Origin: Acanthaster planci
Lineage: Eukaryota
NCBI RefSeq assembly: GCF_001949145.1
Contig: NW_019091359.1
Span: 1,810,540 to 1,874,539 of the forward strand
DNA: 64,000 bases
Direction: 5' to 3'
Part shown: piece after piece, positions 60,475-64,000 of the stretch
Layout: every line of letters begins with the position of its first letter
Position numbering within the stretch: the stretch's first letter is position 1
Notes under the pieces: generated by a model
Seen by the model: the letters and a program-made list of their open reading frames with translations, nothing else
What the model was told of the DNA's origin: nothing
The model's database searches: none
Position numbers and translations under genes: made by a program

Positions 60475-63400
60475 TAAAAAGTGACAAAACAAATGGTTGT
60501 AAAACATGTATACATTGATACATGTAATTTTGTTACAATTAGTCCAGTCTAAATTGCACGGGTTTTTTTAATTTAAAAATAATAAGATCGATGACGTTTG
60601 CGGGGTTGATTGAGTTGTCTTTTCAGCAGAAGTGTCTAGACTTACATGTATGTTTTCGATGCATGATGTAATGTTATGTACTGCTTTCCTCTGATTGGAT
60701 CTTGTTCGGGAAAGGGTTGCCGCTGCAGTGGATTCTTGCCATATGGTGGCGTAATGTATTCCAGGAATAGCCCACTCTGCGTACAGTTAAAATAGAATCC
60801 TCGCAAAAAAGACTCAAATTTACTAAGCGGAATCGAAGGCGGACGAACGTTACGTGCTGCAGTTGTGTGGGTTTGTAGCTCTATGGTGTGATCTGAGCAG
60901 CAGTCGGTACGTTGACCGTTAATTAAGAAACCGTGCAAACTGTATCTTTGGCCTACTGATTGTTGCCAGCGGGAGCCACGAACACAAGCAGCCGTCACTG
61001 CTGGGGGCCTGAACTTAGGTATGCTACACTTCAGACGAAAATCATTTTAGTATAAGGTATACATGTATATTAGATTTGACTGTAGGCCTAATCCTTGGTT
61101 GACCAAATCAAGTTCTTCACTACTCTCCGTGACCGCAAATCAAGCTGAGACATTAGCTTCCTCGTGCCAACCCTCAAATTAACATTATCGAAACCCACTG
61201 AGTGATACTACTCTGTCTTGCGCAATTTCTCGAGTTATTTCTCGTACGACTTATAATTCATAATTCATTGTACACGTCGTATCTACAGCATACGACATAC
61301 ATGTACACGTTGTAATTAAACGGTGGATTTCGCTCAAGGAAAAGAGATGTATTTTTTCGCCATGTCCCCAATACAGCTTCGTAGCGAAAGGCTCATGAAC
61401 AGCAAACGCATATTCTTAAGCATTGCCGTACGATGAATTTGAACTTTGGCCTTGAGGCAAATCGTGGAAACTATAAGCACCTGTACTTGTCACTATCAGC
61501 TGAACATAATCAATACATACGGTGAGCATCATAGTTATAAATATGGATGATGTATACTTGGTCAGCAAAAATGCATGGAGACAAAGCCGCGGTACGGTAT
61601 TCTCTGAAATACGTGTATGTACATGTCATAACTTGTAACTTACTAAAGTTTGTTATGATCGTTATAATACTCCCCATCGATGACTATTTTTAACAATACA
61701 ATCCGCGCCAATGCCTAAACGATTTCACAATCACAGATTAACCTAGTGCAGTTTCTGGGCAGGAATCGCCCCCCCCCCGATAGGATACAGCGATGTCTTG
61801 TTGGACTGGTGTCTCTTGAGTCTTGCAGCTTCCCTGGAAGCTCTCCCACGTCGTTTTGTGTCTTCACTCTGCATCTTTCATCGTAACCGTGTGCTCCAAC
61901 ACTGGCTGTTGCTTGCAACCGCACCGCCCCTCCATTCTCGCCGTGTCCGTACAATTCCCAAAGCCAATTTCCAACAATCTCTTTTCCGCCCCCTGTTTTG
62001 CTCTTGTATTTCCTGTTTACCGGATTCCACGAACATAAAACTTATCCCAATTCAAGCGCAATAAGAACAGGTATCTGAACGTGAGATGTTTTTTGGGGGG
62101 TAAGAAATTGAGATATCTGATATCCCTTACCTCGAGGCCTCATTAACGAGCTTTTGTTGAACGATTTGTATGAAACAGGTATGCAACATGCGCAGACGCG
62201 CTCCCACCGCTGCACTTGACATTGTTTACAGTTGCTTAGCAATATGCAACAGAGGCAGAGCATATAGGAATTTTTGCGTGTAGCATTTATCCTACTGGAC
62301 TTCAATTAAATGAGGGCCTGTGTCCATCCATCATGATTAGGAGGACTATTTCCATCCAAATATGAAATTCATTGAAAAAAAGATTCACTGGAGACAGAGG
62401 TACGTGCTGTAAAATTTTAATTTAATTCAATTCTCTTATCTAGTTAATCATAAGTACATGTAATATAGCGTCATAGAAAACAGCAATATCATCATCTCGC
62501 TAGTGATGGAGGAAAATAGCCGAGGAAAGTGGCTATGAAAGTACATGAAATCCACTACAAAGCTGTCGAGCCCCAGAATGAAGGTGAATTTCTATACTTA
62601 TAAATTAGAATTACATCAAGCACAATAAAATAATTCTCTCCTCTAAAATAGCACGTAACAGTATACGGACATTTTCTGGTAATTGCTTACTCGTCCATAA
62701 ACCATTTCCCGGCGTCATCGTGCACTATTCGTGGATTCTAAAAGTTGTTTTGCGATTATCCCAAACACTGTAAAGGCCTGTACTGTGGCCAGTTTGAGAA
62801 CAAGGTATTGATAGACATATGTCTCGGAGAAACGAACACTGGAAATCTCTTAAATTAAATCAAGTCATAAAGTACACTTTCTAAAGAAGTATACTTGAAT
62901 TCATGGCACAAGTGGGCTTTCGTAGGTGGCTGTTCATGCCATTGCCAGCACTAATATCGTGATGCCTGAAGTCGAAATGGTTTGGATTCTCCGTAATACT
63001 CTGTGTGCAATGTTATAACTACAACGACATGCATGGCTTGAACCTTGAACTTCATACTCTTTCGCTTTGTGAAAATCGCGCCAAAAGTGTAAACCGTGAT
63101 TCGGTTCCCATGTACTTACGAGTATTTTCTTTCCGCAAAATAACAATGAAGGACCAGGCACCAGGCAATTTGGCGGGAAATGCATTGTAATGTCACATGG
63201 AAATGCTACAGATTAAAAATCACAATCGTGCGGCTAGAAACCTGGAAATAGGGTACCGGTTTCGGTAAGTTTGCCATGTTCAAAACAGCTTTCAACAATG
63301 TCTTCTGTTTATGGTCTGATATAAAGTAAACCCTGTGTGTCGGAAGTTATTTTTGTGTTTGCCAAAAGCTTTTAGGTTTGAGTGTACCGAATATGTGAAG

Positions 63401-63671
63401 TTGCGGTCTACATAAAAATGTTAACATTGCTTTCATTTCACGGTAAGATACCTCCAATCACATGGGTCAAGTTCTTTTATACATTAAACAGAAAAGTATA
63501 AACCTTGTTGGCGCATTGTTTTGCCCACATTTAGATTCATTCTTGGTAGGCCCATCTCGGTGTCCTATGAAATTTAGACTCCCATAAAATCTGTTCTCTT
63601 TTTCTTAAAAGACTACGCCGCATGCGTGTGTTATTTTGTCACCATTCTTGCCCCAATCCATTTGCATTATG

Positions 63672-63835
63672 AGGCCGGTTCATACTTGATGCATAACCGA
63701 ACACGAACGTAAGTTTGTGATATCAGATCAATTAATATTTGCCTTGCGAAGTGCACAAGTTGAAAACAATTTTTTCGTGACGTCCAATTCACTTTGCTTT
63801 CGGGTTTCGCATTCGCTTGAAGTATAAATCGGCCT
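63672..63835. mobile_element. Short Harbinger-like MITE
   Basis: AGGCCGGTTCATACTT ... AAGTATAAATCGGCCT (14/16 TIR match). Confidence 0.6.
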
Positions 63836-64000
63836 TTTTATTAAAGAGAGCCCGTTTATCATGACAAGAGTCCAACATAAAATCCTATTCCATGTGTCGC
63901 ACCAGTGAACTGAATTCTTCCCTCACTAGCTACACCTGACTACAAGAGTTTTACCACAATTTAATCTTCATTTCTGGTTTCCTTCGAAAGCGGCAAAAGA

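Overview
Eukaryotic (animal, most plausibly marine-invertebrate) draft genome sequence with three N gaps. The dominant feature is a complete intron-rich exportin-T (XPOT) gene on the + strand: 21 coding exons from ATG 5460 to TGA 46125, all with GT..AG boundaries. Intron phases are consistent except for one apparent 1-bp deletion in coding exon 6. Restoring that base gives 962 aa, collinear with vertebrate XPOT as I recall it. Introns and flanks hold many non-autonomous DNA-transposon MITEs (piggyBac-, PIF/Harbinger-, hAT-, Kolobok-like and fold-back types) and tRNA-derived SINEs. There is also an 8-bp-unit satellite with a 327-bp higher-order repeat and an (ATATG)n microsatellite. Downstream of XPOT, a CpG-richer region carries the probable first exons of an unidentified second gene, a decayed Crypton-type (DUF3504) tyrosine-recombinase remnant, an L2/CR1-type LINE remnant and a candidate solo LTR. 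I see no CRISPR, rRNA or true tRNA genes and no convincing novel biological system. The best leads are the uORF arrangement at the XPOT start, the exon-6 frameshift, the unidentified downstream gene with its bZIP/E-box cluster, and the Crypton fossil. All homology calls come from recalled motifs, not from database searches.
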